From an uncultured delta proteobacterium (GTDB lineage: Bacteria; Myxococcota; Myxococcia; Myxococcales; Anaeromyxobacteraceae), in assembly GCA_963814585.1 (NCBI GenBank), contig CAWFDF010000009.1, positions 224,001 through 288,000 of the forward strand: a stretch of DNA of 64,000 nt, given 5' to 3'. Below the pieces are notes generated by a model, which ran no database searches, was not told where the DNA came from, and saw only the letters and a list, made by a program, of their open reading frames with translations. The position numbers and the translations under genes were made by a program. The first letter of the stretch is position 1. Every line of letters starts with the position of its first letter. Positions 23,929 to 45,358 of this stretch are shown here, piece after piece.

Positions 23929-25317
23929 CTACCCGAGCCGGAAGCGGGAGACCACGGTCTGCAGCTCGACCGAGAGGTTGGTGAGCTCCTGCGCCGAGGA
24001 GGCCATCTGCGCCACCGCCGCGGTCTGCTCGGCGATCACCTTGCGCACCTGCTCGGTGGCGCCGGCGTTGCTGCTGGCCACGTCCGAGATGTGATCCATG
24101 GTCTGCACCATGTCGGCCGAGCCCTTGAGCTGGTCGCGGGCGGCGGCGGAGATGACGCCCGCCTTGTCGGCGCCGGTGCGGGCGATGTCGGCGATGTCGG
24201 CCAGCGCCCGGATGATGGCGTTGACGTTCTCGCGCCCCTCGCCCAGCTCGGAGACCGACTCCTTCATGGTCTCGACCACGGTGGCGGCGCGCCCCGAGAT
24301 GTCGGTGGCCAGCCCGGAGATCTGCTCGGCGGAGCGCCCGGCGGTCTCGGCCAGCTTGCGCACCTCCTCGGCCACCACCGCGAAGCCGCGGCCGTACTCG
24401 CCGGCGCGGGCCGCCTCGATGGTGGCGTTGAGGGCCAGCAGGTTGGTCTGGTTGGCCACCTGGGTGATGGCCTCGACGATCTTGGAGATCTCCTTGGTCC
24501 GCTCGCCGAAGGCGAAGACCTGCTCGCTGGCCGCCTCGATGCGGGCGAAGACCTTCTTCACCTTCTCGCCGGCCAGCCGGGCCGCCTCGCCGCCCGAGCC
24601 GGCCGAGGTGGAGGTCTCGGCCGAGGACCGGGCCGCCTCCTCGGCGCTCTTGGCGGTCCGCTCGATGGAGGCGGCGATCTCGCCGATCACCTTGGAGGTC
24701 CGCTCCACCAGGTCCGACTGCTGGCCGGCCCCCACCGCGATCTTCTCCATGGAGGAGGCCACCTCGTCGGTGGAGGCGTTGACCTCCTCGGCGGAGGACT
24801 GCAGGTCGTTGGCGCTCTCGGCCACCGACTGCGCGGTGCGCTGGATGCGGGAGACCAGGTCGCGCAGGTTCTCCTGCATGGTGCCGATGGCCACGGTCAG
24901 GTCGTCGATCTCGTCGTGGAAGGTCTGGTTCGGCTCCTCCAGCACGCTGCGCGAGAGGTCGCCGCGGCTGATCTCCACGGCCGAGACCTTGAGCCGGCCC
25001 ACCCGGGCGGTCCGGGTGATGCCCACGGTGAGCGCCCAGCCCAGCGCCAGCGTGCCCAGCACCGCCAGGGTGCCGGCGGCCAGCGGGTTGGGGACGGCCT
25101 GGCGGAGCGGCGGCAGCACGAAGACCAGCACCAGGCCGACGATGCCGTAGCTCACCAGCAGCTTGACCTCGAGCGGCGCGGTCAGGCCGCTGGACTGGGG
25201 CATGGGCCGGAGCGGCACGTCGGCGGCGCGGCCGCGCACCGCCACCAGGTGGGGGGCGTCCTGCCAGCGGGACGAGGGCCGGGTCGAGAGTCGTTCTTCG
25301 CGAGGAGTCCGGGCCAC
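23929..25317 (-). CDS. difA: Methyl-accepting chemotaxis protein lacking a periplasmic sensor domain
   Basis: Two closely spaced TM helices, [38 protein letters not shown]; start codon uncertain. Confidence 0.88.
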   Translation of the reverse strand: MARTPREERLSTRPSSRWQDAPHLVAVRGRAADVPLRPMPQSSGLTAPLEVKLLVSYGIVGLVLVFVLPPLRQAVPNPLAAGTLAVLGTLALGWALTVGITRTARVGRLKVSAVEISRGDLSRSVLEEPNQTFHDEIDDLTVAIGTMQENLRDLVSRIQRTAQSVAESANDLQSSAEEVNASTDEVASSMEKIAVGAGQQSDLVERTSKVIGEIAASIERTAKSAEEAARSSAETSTSAGSGGEAARLAGEKVKKVFARIEAASEQVFAFGERTKEISKIVEAITQVANQTNLLALNATIEAARAGEYGRGFAVVAEEVRKLAETAGRSAEQISGLATDISGRAATVVETMKESVSELGEGRENVNAIIRALADIADIARTGADKAGVISAAARDQLKGSADMVQTMDHISDVASSNAGATEQVRKVIAEQTAAVAQMASSAQELTNLSVELQTVVSRFRLG

Positions 25318-25319
25318 GT

Positions 25320-26374
25320 TCACCTCGGCGGGCGGCGCGGTGGAGCCCGCGCCGCGTGGAAGGCCCTGGATCCTATGTTGATCCTCGGGGAAGTCAAAAG
25401 GACCGGCCGTGGCGGCGCCAGGTGATCGTAGCCTGGGCCGGTGGCCAGGCGGCGGCCCCCGGCGTCGAGCACGGTGACGCCCCGCCCACGCCGCACCTCG
25501 CCCACCACGGTGAGCGCCACGCCGGCCCGCGCCGCCGCCCGCCTGGCGGCGCCCAGGCGGCCGGGCGGGAGGGTGACGCAGAGCTCGTAGTCCTCGCCGC
25601 CAGAGAGCGCCGGCCCCCACGGGTCGGCCAGGGCGGCGGCGGCGGCGCGCCCGGCGGCGGAGCGCGGCAGCAGCTCGGCCCGCAGCGTGGCCCCCACCCG
25701 CGAGGCCAGGCAGAGGTGGCCGAGGTCCTGGACCAGGCCGTCGGAGAGGTCGATGGCGGCGCTGGCGACGCGGCCCAGCCCGCGGCCGAGCCCGAGCCGC
25801 GGCACCGGCCGGCGCTGGCGGCGGCGGAGCGAGGCGGGGGCGCCGGGGGAGAGCCCGAGCGCCGCGTCGCCGATGGTCCCCGAGACCAGCACCAGGTCCC
25901 CGGCCCGGGCCCCGTCGCGGCGCAGCGCCCGGCCGCGCGCCACCGCCCCGACGACGGTCACCGTGATCGAGAGGCCGGGGGCGCGCGTGACGTTGCCGCC
26001 CACCACCGCCAGCCCGTGGCGCCGGGCGCAGTCGCCCAGGCCGCGGGCGATCCCCCGGAGCCGCGCCGGCGGCGTGCCGGCCGGCACGCCCAGCGCCACC
26101 AGCGCCCAGAGCGGCCGGGCCCCCATGGCGGCGAGGTCGGAGAGGTTCACCGCCAGCGCCTTCCAGCCGATGTCACCGGGCGTGAAGTGGGCGCCGAAGT
26201 GGACCCCCTCGACGACCGCGTCGACGGTGGCCACCAGGGTCTCGCCGCGAGGGGCGGCCAGCAGCGCGGCGTCGTCGCCGGGGCCGAGCAGCACCCCCTC
26301 GCCGCGGGTGGGGAGGCGGGCGGTGAAGGCGGCGATGAGCTCGAACTCGCCGGCGGGGCGGGCCGGGCGGGGCA

Positions 26375-26375
<1 letters not shown>
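25320..26375 (-). CDS. thiL: Thiamine-monophosphate kinase
   Basis: [42 protein letters not shown]. Confidence 0.93.
25370..25397 (-). promoter_or_regulatory. Candidate internal promoter for difA inside the thiL 3' tail
   Basis: TTGACT-N16-TAGGAT in a locally AT-richer patch. Confidence 0.4.
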
Positions 26376-27762
<1,387 letters not shown>

Positions 27763-27766
<4 letters not shown>

Positions 27767-28455
27767 CGAGTCGTGGCCTCGCGCTCCAGCAAGGTGCCGC
27801 GCAGGTCGACGTGGTCGAAGATGCGGGCGAGGAACTCGCGCTCGCTGATCTTCCACCGCTCGGCGAGGTGGAGGTTCCGGTCCAGCCCCTGGTAGGTGAG
27901 CGTGAGCAGGGCCCAGAGCGTCTCCAGCACCCCCTCGCCGCGCACCGCCACCGCCGGCACCATGGGCGGGCGGATCACCTTGCGCAGGTCGCCGAGCTCG
28001 TCCTCGCGCTGGGCGTCGGGGAGGTCGCGCTTGTTGAGCTGGATGACGATGGGCAGGGTCCGGTAGTCGAGCCCGTTCGCCTCCAGGTTCTTCAGCATGT
28101 TGTTCCAGTAGGCCAGGGTGGCGGCCGCCTCGCTGCGGCGGCTGTCGGAGACGAAGACCACCGCGTCGGTCCCCTGCAGGACGATGCGCCGCGTCGACTC
28201 GTGGATCACCTGGCCCGGCACCGTGTAGAGCCGGAGCTTCACCTTGACGCCGGCCTCGGTCTTGAAGAAGACCGGCATCATGTCGAAGAAGAGGGTCCGG
28301 TCGTCCTTGGTGTCCAGCGTCATCAGCCGGCCGCGGACCTCGGGCGACATCTTCTGGTAGAGCGCCTGGAGGTTGGTGGTCTTCCCGGAGAGGGCGGGAC
28401 CGTAATACACGACCTTGATGGACAGCTCGCGCGCGTCGTTGTTGATCTGGACCAT
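27763..28455 (-). CDS. sofG: MglA-family small Ras-like GTPase, SofG-like
   Basis: YYGPALSGKTTNL, DDRTLFFD, TVPGQ, NKRD; C-terminal extension EFLARIFDHVDLRGT; no adjacent mglB; lies upstream of dif as recalled for M. xanthus. Confidence 0.8.
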
Positions 28456-28637
28456 GGGCCTCGCCTCGCGGCGAGCATAGCCGCGCCCCCGGGGTGATCC
28501 AGCCGACGGCCGCGAATACTCCCGGTCCGGCCGGCGCCTCGCCGTGGTCCCTTGGAGGTGGTTGGCCCTTGGACTAGGATCGAGGCGGTCCCGGCCGGGA
28601 CCCCTCACCGGCCGGAGAACGAGGAGTTACTGCCCCG

Positions 28638-30395
28638 ATGGACCGCCCGGTCCCCGTCCGCGCCGACGACGTCCCAGAGAGCGAGATGGTGGAGCGGCTC
28701 CAGTGGCTGCTCCGGCTCCGCTGGCTGATCGTCCCGGTCTTCGTCGCCGTCGACCTGGCCAACGACCTGCTCACCCGGCGGCGGGCGGCCTGGTCCGCGC
28801 TCTTCATCGGCGCCGTCCTGCTGCTGGCCAACGGCGCCTATGGCTGGCTGCTGCGGCGCCGCATCGGGCTCCCCGCCCTGCTGCGCTGGATCCGCTTCGA
28901 GTCGGTGCTGGTGGTGCTGGTCCCGGTGGCGGTGGCCGTGCTGCACGGCGAGCCGGACAGCCCGGTCCGCTACGGGGTGCTGGTGGGCGTGGTGGGCGCC
29001 GCGGTGGCGCTGCCCCGGACCGGCGAGGTGGCGGTGGTGGCCATGTGGGCGGTGGCCGCGCTGATCGTCGGCGACGCCGTCGCCATGGGGTTCGACCCCG
29101 GGCGCATCGACCAGCGGGTGGTGGCGCGCTGGGCCTGGGACACCGGCATCATCGTCACGGTCGCCATCGTCGCCGGCCACCTCCACCAGGCGCGGGAGTG
29201 GGGGGCGCAGCGGCTGCGGGCCGCCCTGGCCGGGCTGGCGCACGCCACCACCGAGTGGGAGGCGACCTTCGACTCCCTGTCCGAGATGGTCTTCATCTCC
29301 GACCCGGAGGGGCGGCTGGTGCGCGTCAACCGGGCCTTCGGCAAGCTGCTGGGGGTGCGGCCCCACGAGCTGGCCGGGCGGCGGCTCTCCGACCTGCTGG
29401 CCGGCCACCCGGAGCGCTGGTGGTCGGTGCCGGGCGACGGCATCGTGGAGATCGACGACCCGGTCTTCGACACCGTCTTCGAGGTCACCTCGGTGCGGCT
29501 GGGGGAGCGGGTGGTCCGCGTGGCGCGCGACGTGGGCGAGCACCAGCGGCTCTACGCCCGGCTGGTCCAGGCCGACAAGCTGGCGGCGGTGGGCGTGCTG
29601 GCCACGGGCGTGGCCCACGAGATCAACAACCCGACCGCCTTCGTCACCTCCAACCTGACCGAGCTGAAGCAGTACGTGGCCAGGCTCGACGCGGCGGTGG
29701 TGGAGCTCTCCGAGCTGGCGCTCCGGTCCGGCGCGGTGGAGCAGGCCAGCGAGGTGCTGACCCGCCACCAGCTGGCGTTCGCCCGGCGCGAGGCGCCCAC
29801 CGCCATCCGCGAGAGCCTGGCCGGCATGGAGCGGATCCGGCAGGTGGTCCAGAACCTGCGCTCGCTGGCGCGGCGCGACCAGTCGGGGGAGCCGGCGGCG
29901 CCGGTGGAGCTGGGCGAGGTGGTGCAGACGGTGGTGCAGACCGCGGCCTTCGAGCTGCGAAAGGCCGCGGCGCGCGTCGAGCTGCAGGGGCCGGTCTGGG
30001 TGATCGGCCACCGCGGCGAGCTGGTGGACGTGGTGCTCAACCTGGTGGTCAACGCCGTGCAGGCGCGCGACGACGGGCGGGAGAACCGCGTGGCGGTGGA
30101 GCTGGGGCGCGACGGGTCGCAGGCGGTCCTGCGGATCGCCGACACCGGCAAGGGGATCTCGGCCGGCCACCTGAAGCGGCTCTTCGAGGCCTTCTTCACC
30201 ACCAAGGCGCCCGGCGAGGGGACCGGGCTCGGGCTCAGCCTGGCCCGGAAGATCGTCCTCTCCCACGGGGGATCGATCGACGTCTCGAGCGAGGTGGGCG
30301 TCGGTTCGACCTTCACCGTCCGGCTTCCGGCCATCGACCCCGAGCGCCGGCTGCGGGACGCGGCGGCGGACGGCGCGGCGGTCCCGACCGCCTGA
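28638..30395 (+). CDS. Membrane sensor histidine kinase with PAS domain (NtrB-like)
   Basis: N-terminal TMs, WEATFDSLSE PAS, GVAHEINNP, NLVVNA, FFTTK, GTGLGL. Confidence 0.9.
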   Translation: MDRPVPVRADDVPESEMVERLQWLLRLRWLIVPVFVAVDLANDLLTRRRAAWSALFIGAVLLLANGAYGWLLRRRIGLPALLRWIRFESVLVVLVPVAVAVLHGEPDSPVRYGVLVGVVGAAVALPRTGEVAVVAMWAVAALIVGDAVAMGFDPGRIDQRVVARWAWDTGIIVTVAIVAGHLHQAREWGAQRLRAALAGLAHATTEWEATFDSLSEMVFISDPEGRLVRVNRAFGKLLGVRPHELAGRRLSDLLAGHPERWWSVPGDGIVEIDDPVFDTVFEVTSVRLGERVVRVARDVGEHQRLYARLVQADKLAAVGVLATGVAHEINNPTAFVTSNLTELKQYVARLDAAVVELSELALRSGAVEQASEVLTRHQLAFARREAPTAIRESLAGMERIRQVVQNLRSLARRDQSGEPAAPVELGEVVQTVVQTAAFELRKAAARVELQGPVWVIGHRGELVDVVLNLVVNAVQARDDGRENRVAVELGRDGSQAVLRIADTGKGISAGHLKRLFEAFFTTKAPGEGTGLGLSLARKIVLSHGGSIDVSSEVGVGSTFTVRLPAIDPERRLRDAAADGAAVPTA

Positions 30396-30405
30396 CCCTC
30401 CGGAG

Positions 30406-30437
30406 TTCCTCGGAGATCGAACTACTCTGGGTGGGGA
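30406..30437 (+). repeat. 32-bp repeat, copy A
   Basis: TTCCTCGGAGATCGAACTACTCTGGGTGGGGA; 28/32 identical to 30981-31012. Confidence 0.85.
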
Positions 30438-30535
30438 GGGCCGGTCGCCCCGGACCGGCGGGCCGCGGTCGAGCGGGGGGCATGTGGGGGGAGGTGCGGT
30501 TGAATACCGGCCGGGCCTGGAGCATCCATGGGGGC

Positions 30536-30970
30536 ATGCGCACCCTCATCGCCGCCGCCATCGCCGCCTCGCTGCTCGCCCCCGGTGCTTCCTCGGCCCA
30601 GGTCCAGGTCACGCTCAGCTTCGACCTGCCCGCCGTGCTCCCCGCGCTCGTGATCATCGAGCCGGGCATCCAGGTGGTGCCCCAGGTCAACGAGGAGGTC
30701 TTCTTCGTGGACGGGTTCTACTGGGTGCGGCGCGACACCCGCTGGTACCGGTCGCACGACCACCGGCGCGGCTGGGTGGTGGTCGATCAGCGCGGCGTGC
30801 CGTCCCGGCTGGTCAAGTACCCGCCCGGCCAGTACCGCCGCTGGGATCCGCACCAGGGGAAGCACGACCACGACCACGGCCACGGCAACGGCCACGGCAA
30901 GGGCGAGAAGGAGAAGAACGGGAACAGCGGCAAGGAGAAGCAGGGGAAGGGACACGGCAAGGACGACTAA
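30536..30970 (+). CDS. Small secreted protein with Trp/Tyr-rich core and His/Gly/Lys-rich tail
   Basis: Signal peptide MRTLIAAAIAASLLAPGASSA; FVDGFYWVRRDTRWYRS; KHDHDHGHGNGHGKG tail. Confidence 0.8.
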   Translation: MRTLIAAAIAASLLAPGASSAQVQVTLSFDLPAVLPALVIIEPGIQVVPQVNEEVFFVDGFYWVRRDTRWYRSHDHRRGWVVVDQRGVPSRLVKYPPGQYRRWDPHQGKHDHDHGHGNGHGKGEKEKNGNSGKEKQGKGHGKDD

Positions 30971-30980
30971 CCCCCCGATC

Positions 30981-31049
30981 TTCCTCGACCATCGAACTAC
31001 TCTGGGTCGGGAATGACGCAGTCCTGACGCGTCATGATGCGGCGCTGAA

Positions 31050-31065
<16 letters not shown>
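30981..31065 (+). repeat. Repeat copies B (30981-31012) and C (31047-31065) with an intervening ATGACGC-N9-GCGTCAT palindrome
   Basis: TTCCTCGACCATCGAACTACTCTGGGTCGGGA ... GAATTACTCTGGGTCGGGA; copy C contains the dinG stop codon. Confidence 0.85.
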
Positions 31066-33061
<1,996 letters not shown>

Positions 33062-33083
33062 GCCTCGGCTCGCGGCGGCCGGC

Positions 33084-33470
33084 TCAGGAGCGGAGCCCAC
33101 CGAAGAGGCGGTACAGCACCCAGGCGAGGATCGACGCCATCACCATGGCGCCCCCGAGGACGAGCCGCCGTGGCCAGGGGCCGGCCTGGAGGTCCGGCGC
33201 CCTGGTGCGCGGCAGCTGCGAGAGCCCCATGACGGCGGCCCGCTTGAGGATCTCGCCCTTCATCTCCTGGGCCATGCGGTCCTGGGGGCGCGCCTCCAGC
33301 ACCGCCCGGTAGCGGCGGCCCACCTCGGCCAGCGCGTCGAGGTCGGCGCAGGCCGCCAGCAGGGCCCGGTGCGCCGCGGCCTCCTCCCAGCGCCGCTCCA
33401 GCGCGGCCCAGGCGGCGTCGCCGGCGGCGGCCTTCTCGACGGTCAGGTCGGGCACGGGGCGCGGCTCCAC
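33084..33470 (-). CDS. Small hypothetical membrane protein
   Basis: AWAALERRWEEAAAHRALL...LAEVGRRYR and a C-terminal TM helix; fills the gap between co-oriented genes; start uncertain. Confidence 0.65.
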   Translation of the reverse strand: MEPRPVPDLTVEKAAAGDAAWAALERRWEEAAAHRALLAACADLDALAEVGRRYRAVLEARPQDRMAQEMKGEILKRAAVMGLSQLPRTRAPDLQAGPWPRRLVLGGAMVMASILAWVLYRLFGGLRS

Positions 33471-33475
33471 CAGGA

Positions 33476-35599
33476 TCAGGACCCGCCGGGCCCGGGCGCG
33501 CGGGCGTCCAGCTCGGCGGGGGTCAGCTCGCGGACCCCGTCGCGATCGAAGGTGAGGAAGAAGAGCTCCTTCTCCGGCGTGCGGCGCGCCGAGAAGGTGA
33601 TGTCGCCGGTGGCCCCCTTGAAGCCCTTGACGGCCGCCAGCCCGGCGCGCAGCGCCTCGCGCGTCTCCGCCCGCTCGCGCTCGATCACCTGCCGGCCCAT
33701 CTTCACGGCGTCGTGGGCGCTGGCCTCGAGGATGGTGGGCTCGGTCCCGAACCTGGCCCGGTAGGCCTCGGTGAACTTCCGGGTCTCGGGGTTGGCCGAG
33801 CCGGCGAAGAAGCCGTCCACGTAGACGGCGCAGCGCACGTGCCGCCCGGCCCCGCCCGGCCCGGCGTCGAAGAGGGAGGGATCCCCGCCCCAGCCGTTGC
33901 CGCCGAGCAGCTGCACCACGTGCAGCTCCTTCCTCGGGGCGCCCCGGTCGCGGCCCTTCTCCTTCCCGGCGATGCGCTCGGCGTTCTTCTCGATGCGCCG
34001 CAGCTCGTCGGGCAGGCAGGTGATGGTGAGCACGTCCTCCACCGCCAGCGCCGGCGCGATCAGCTTCACGTTGCGGGCGAAGTCGGCCACCAGCACGGCG
34101 TCGAAGTCGGTGACCGGCTCCAGGCCGTCGCGCGCCTTCTCCAGCGCCTTGCGGCGGCGGTAGGGATCGGGCTCGCGCGCCGCGATCTCCTTCTGCAGGT
34201 CGACGAACTCGGGCCGCTCCTCCAGGTAGAGCCGCCCCACCATCGACTTCACCAGGGGCGTGAAGGTGGTCCGGTCGATGGGGTAGGTCTCGGCGGCGCG
34301 CACCTCGCCCCCGCGCGCCTCCACCTCGTCCCAGAAGGCGTTGGCCAGGTCGCTGCCGTAGGGCACCGCGGGGTACATGATGGCGAACCGCTTCAGGCCC
34401 CGCCGGCCGACGAAGAGCTCGGCCAGGGCCCGGGCCTGGGCGCTGGCGGTGAGCATGTTCTGGAACACGTACGGCCCGGCGTCGGTGACGTTCTCCTGCT
34501 TGGAGAGCGAGATGAACGGGAGCCGCAGCTCGTCGGCGGTGGCGGCGGCCCGCTCCGCCTCGCCGCTGCTCACGCCCCCCACCACCAGGATGGCCTGCTC
34601 GTCGAGGGCCAGCTGCTCGATGGCGGCGGCGGCGCCGTCCGGCTCGCCGCGGGTGTCCCGCACCACCACCGTGAAGCCCGAGCCCTCGGGGAGGGCCAGC
34701 GCGATCCCCTGCAGGATCACCTCGCCCCAGCGCTGGAACTGGCCGCTGAGCGGCACGGCCACGCCGATGACCCTGGGCTTCACCGCCGTGAGCCGGGCGA
34801 GCCGGTCGAGCACGGCGCGCGCGTCGGCGGTCCACGGCGAGTCCGGCCAGGCGGCCACCAGCGCCCTGGCCTCCTGCTCGGCCCCCGCGTCGTCGCGCTC
34901 GTGGAGCCGGATGCGGGCCAGCTTCAGCGCCACCGCGGCCAGCGCCGGCGAGTCGGGCGGCAGGGCCTCCCGCAGCCGCGGCAGCTCGCCCGCCGGGAAC
35001 CCCACGTCGATGGCGTCGGCGACGCGGGCCAGGGCCTCGGTGCGCTCGGCGCCGGTGGCCTGGGAGGCCACCGTGCCCCACCAGCGGACCGCCTCGGGCC
35101 AGAGCCGCGCGGCCTCGGCGGCGGAGGCCGCCGCCCGCGCCGCCGCCGCCTGGTCGGCCGCCGGCAGCCGCGGGTAGAGCGAGGCGATGGTGGCCAGGCC
35201 GTCGCGGGTCCGCCCCACCTCGAGGTCGAGCTGGGCCAGCTGGAGCTTGGCCTGGGTGGACTCCGGGTAGAGCGGGTAGTCGACCAGCAGCCGCGAGAGC
35301 GCCGCGGCGGCGCGGGCCCGATCGCCGGCGGCCCGCCAGGCCCCGGCCGCCTCGTGGAGCAGCCCGGCCGAGGCGGGGAGGCCCGGGTAGCGGCCGGCCA
35401 GCGCCTCCAGCCTGGCCGCCTTCTCGGCGGGGGGGAGCCGGGCGGCGGCGGCCCGCTCCGCGGCCAGCTCGTCGCGGACCAGCACCTCGGCCTGCTCCAC
35501 CGGCACCGCCTGCCCGCGCACCACCACCCGCTGCGGGGCGCAGGCGGCCAGCGCCAGCGGGGCCAGCAGCACGACGAGGCGGAGGCGGGGGGCGCGCAT
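33476..35599 (-). CDS. LpoA/LppC-like lipoprotein (TPR N-domain + periplasmic-binding-fold C-domain)
   Basis: Lipobox LAAC; TPR helices; IGVAVPLSG, YGSDLANAF, FKGATGDITF. Confidence 0.8.
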   Translation of the reverse strand: MRAPRLRLVVLLAPLALAACAPQRVVVRGQAVPVEQAEVLVRDELAAERAAAARLPPAEKAARLEALAGRYPGLPASAGLLHEAAGAWRAAGDRARAAAALSRLLVDYPLYPESTQAKLQLAQLDLEVGRTRDGLATIASLYPRLPAADQAAAARAAASAAEAARLWPEAVRWWGTVASQATGAERTEALARVADAIDVGFPAGELPRLREALPPDSPALAAVALKLARIRLHERDDAGAEQEARALVAAWPDSPWTADARAVLDRLARLTAVKPRVIGVAVPLSGQFQRWGEVILQGIALALPEGSGFTVVVRDTRGEPDGAAAAIEQLALDEQAILVVGGVSSGEAERAAATADELRLPFISLSKQENVTDAGPYVFQNMLTASAQARALAELFVGRRGLKRFAIMYPAVPYGSDLANAFWDEVEARGGEVRAAETYPIDRTTFTPLVKSMVGRLYLEERPEFVDLQKEIAAREPDPYRRRKALEKARDGLEPVTDFDAVLVADFARNVKLIAPALAVEDVLTITCLPDELRRIEKNAERIAGKEKGRDRGAPRKELHVVQLLGGNGWGGDPSLFDAGPGGAGRHVRCAVYVDGFFAGSANPETRKFTEAYRARFGTEPTILEASAHDAVKMGRQVIERERAETREALRAGLAAVKGFKGATGDITFSARRTPEKELFFLTFDRDGVRELTPAELDARAPGPGGS

Positions 35600-35610
35600 C
35601 GACCCCGGTT

Positions 35611-36747
35611 CTAGCGCTTTTTCTTCGTGTCCCGCCACAGCTCCGCCGCCTTCTCCCAGAAGGTGTGGCCGCGCGGGTGGGTGGCCTCGCCGGAGAGCTC
35701 GGCGAACCTCTCCAGCAGCTCGCGCTGCTCCCGGCTCAGGTGGGTGGGCGTCTCGACGAAGACCATGACGTGCTGGTCGCCGCGGCCGCCGCCGTTGAGC
35801 CCCGGGACGCCCTTGCCCTTCACCTTGAGCGCCGCCCCGGCCTGGGTGCCGGCGGGGATCTTCAGCTTGTGCGGGCCGTCGAGGGTGGGCACCTCGATGG
35901 TGGCCCCCAGCGCCGCCTGGGCGAAGGAGACCGGCACCTCGCAGACGATCTCGGTCCCCTCGCGCCGGAAGAGCGGGTGATCCTTGACCTGGATGACCAC
36001 GTAGAGGTCGCCGGCCTGCCCGCCGGGGCCGGGCGGCGGGCCGCCGTCGCCGAGCGAGCGGACCCGCGTGCCGGTGTCGACGCCGGGCGGGATGGCCACC
36101 TCGACGTCCACCTCGTCGCGGGTGGCGCCGGCGCCGCCGCAGTCCGGGCACTTCTCGACGATGACCCGGCCGGCCCCCTGGCAGTGGTGGCAGGTGCGGG
36201 CGATGGCGAAGAAGCCCTGGGTGAGCCTCACCTCGCCGGTGCCGCCGCAGGTGGGGCAGGTCCGCGGCGAGGTCCCGGCCTTGGCGCCGCTGCCGTGGCA
36301 GGCCTGGCAGGGCGTGGGGCGGGGGATGCGCAGCCGCTTGGTGACGCCGAAGGCCGCCTCCTCGAGGGTCAGCTCGAGGTGGTAGCGGTAGTCCTCGCCG
36401 CGGGTCCGCTGGCGGGCCCGGCGCCCGCCGCCGCCGCCGAACACCTCGCCGAAGATGTCGCCGAAGATGTCGTTGATGGAGGCGCCGCCCATGCCGAAGC
36501 CGAAGGGGTCGCTCCCGGCCGAGGCGCCCCCGGCGTGGCCGAAGCGGTCGTAGCGGGCCCGCTTCTCGTCGTCGGAGAGGACGGCGTAGGCCTCGGTCAG
36601 CTCCTTGAACCGCTCCTCGGCCGCCGCGTCACCCTGGTTCTTGTCCGGGTGGTACTGGTGGGCGAGCTTGCGGTAGGCGGTCTTGAGCGCGGCGGCGTCG
36701 GCGTCGCGGGGGACGCCCAGCACCTCGTAGTAGTCGCGCTTGTTCAA
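35611..36747 (-). CDS. dnaJ: Chaperone DnaJ
   Basis: [15 protein letters not shown] region, four CxxCxGxG repeats. Confidence 0.97.
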   Translation of the reverse strand: MNKRDYYEVLGVPRDADAAALKTAYRKLAHQYHPDKNQGDAAAEERFKELTEAYAVLSDDEKRARYDRFGHAGGASAGSDPFGFGMGGASINDIFGDIFGEVFGGGGGRRARQRTRGEDYRYHLELTLEEAAFGVTKRLRIPRPTPCQACHGSGAKAGTSPRTCPTCGGTGEVRLTQGFFAIARTCHHCQGAGRVIVEKCPDCGGAGATRDEVDVEVAIPPGVDTGTRVRSLGDGGPPPGPGGQAGDLYVVIQVKDHPLFRREGTEIVCEVPVSFAQAALGATIEVPTLDGPHKLKIPAGTQAGAALKVKGKGVPGLNGGGRGDQHVMVFVETPTHLSREQRELLERFAELSGEATHPRGHTFWEKAAELWRDTKKKR

Positions 36748-36840
36748 GGAGATTCCAGCCCTTCGAGGCGGTGGGGGCCCAACGGTGGCCGGGCGGAATG
36801 TAACGCCGGAACCGGCGCTGGCAAGTGGCGCCGCCGCGGA

Positions 36841-40426
<3,586 letters not shown>

Positions 40427-40439
40427 CGGCGCCCCGCCC

Positions 40440-41147
40440 CTACGGCCCGGCGAGGCGGCGCTGCGCCGCGCTCGACAGCGTCTGGAAGCGGCCCTGCGCC
40501 AGCTCGCGCCAGGCCGGGACGGCGGGGTCACCGGCCTGCTCGGCCAGCAGGGCCTCGAGGTGGCGGCGCCCCTCGCGGAAGGGGAAGGCGAAGCCGGCCC
40601 GGGCCGCGCCGTCGTCGAGCCGCAGCGCCTCGCGCAGCTCGGACCGGGCGACGGCCGCGTCGCCGCGCGCGTCGGCCAGCTGCGCCAGCGCGTAGTGCGG
40701 CTCGGCGCGCTCGGGGTCGAGGCCGCGCGCCGCCTCGAGGTAGGCCTGGGCGGCGGTGGCGTGCCCCTCGACGGCGTAGAGGGCGCCGAGGTTGAGGAGC
40801 GCCGCCTGCTGCTGGCGCGGGCTGCCGCGCGCCACCACCTCGTCGAGCAGGCGGCGGGCGGCGTCGACGTGGCCGTCGAGGAGGTAGCCGACGGCGAGGT
40901 CGTTGAGCGCGCCCAGCTGGTCCGGGTCGGTGGCCAGCTCCGCCTCGTAGGCGGCGCGGGCGCCCGGGAGGTCGCCGGCGAAGAGGAGCGTCGCCCCGGC
41001 CGCGGAGGGTGACTCGACCGAGGCCAGCGTCGGCGTCGACTCCTCGCGGATGGCGATCCGGGATGGGTCCGGGGAGACGCCGCAGGCGGCCAGCGCCAGG
41101 AGCGCGAGCAGCGGAGACTTTCCCAGTCGTGTCGACGAGTTGCGCAA
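40440..41147 (-). CDS. TPR lipoprotein
   Basis: Lipobox [20 protein letters not shown] and PHYALAQ TPR motifs. Confidence 0.8.
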   Translation of the reverse strand: MRNSSTRLGKSPLLALLALAACGVSPDPSRIAIREESTPTLASVESPSAAGATLLFAGDLPGARAAYEAELATDPDQLGALNDLAVGYLLDGHVDAARRLLDEVVARGSPRQQQAALLNLGALYAVEGHATAAQAYLEAARGLDPERAEPHYALAQLADARGDAAVARSELREALRLDDGAARAGFAFPFREGRRHLEALLAEQAGDPAVPAWRELAQGRFQTLSSAAQRRLAGP

Positions 41148-41312
41148 CGGGGCCTCGGGGCGGCGAACACCTCCGCGACCGGAGGATAGCCACAGCCCCC
41201 GAACGGATCAAGGAGCCCGGTCAAGGGACAGCCCCGCACCGGCGGGCCTGGCCAGGCCGCCGTGATATGGAGTGCCCCGCCGCGCCGCCGGACCCGCCCC
41301 GGACCCGCCCCG

Positions 41313-44978
<3,666 letters not shown>

Positions 44979-44993
44979 TGGCGCCACCCACTC

Positions 44994-45106
44994 GTGCCAC
45001 GCCCCAGGCAAGGTGACGTGACGAGAGAGCCGAGACCGAAGCGAGGCCGCCTGCCGCAGCGAGAGGATCGGCTCTCGCAGTGAGCATCTTGCCTGGGGCG
45101 TGGCAC
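44994..45106. mobile_element. 113-bp fold-back element (MITE/REPIN-like or structured RNA)
   Basis: Arms GTGCCACGCCCCAGGCAAGGTG (44994-45015) and CATCTTGCCTGGGGCGTGGCAC (45085-45106) pair at 21/22 positions; inner stem GAGAGCCGA/TCGGCTCTC. Confidence 0.55.
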
Positions 45107-45358
45107 CAGGCCCGATCCCCGCGGCGGCGCACGCTGCCTGGCGGCTCCCGGCTCGGGCCGGCCGAGGGCGCCGCGGGCCGGTTGCCGGGGCCTTCCGGCG
45201 GCGGGGCCCGGCGCGCTTGATCCAGCCGTCGTTCCGTGGTCTTTTCCGGCCCTCGATCCCGGTTGCGGGCGGTCCGTGTCGGGGAAGTGTCCCCCCGTCC
45301 CGCGCGTTGAATGCAGGCGGCCCCGTCCGCCGTCTCCACCTGAAGGAGCCTCGTCCCC

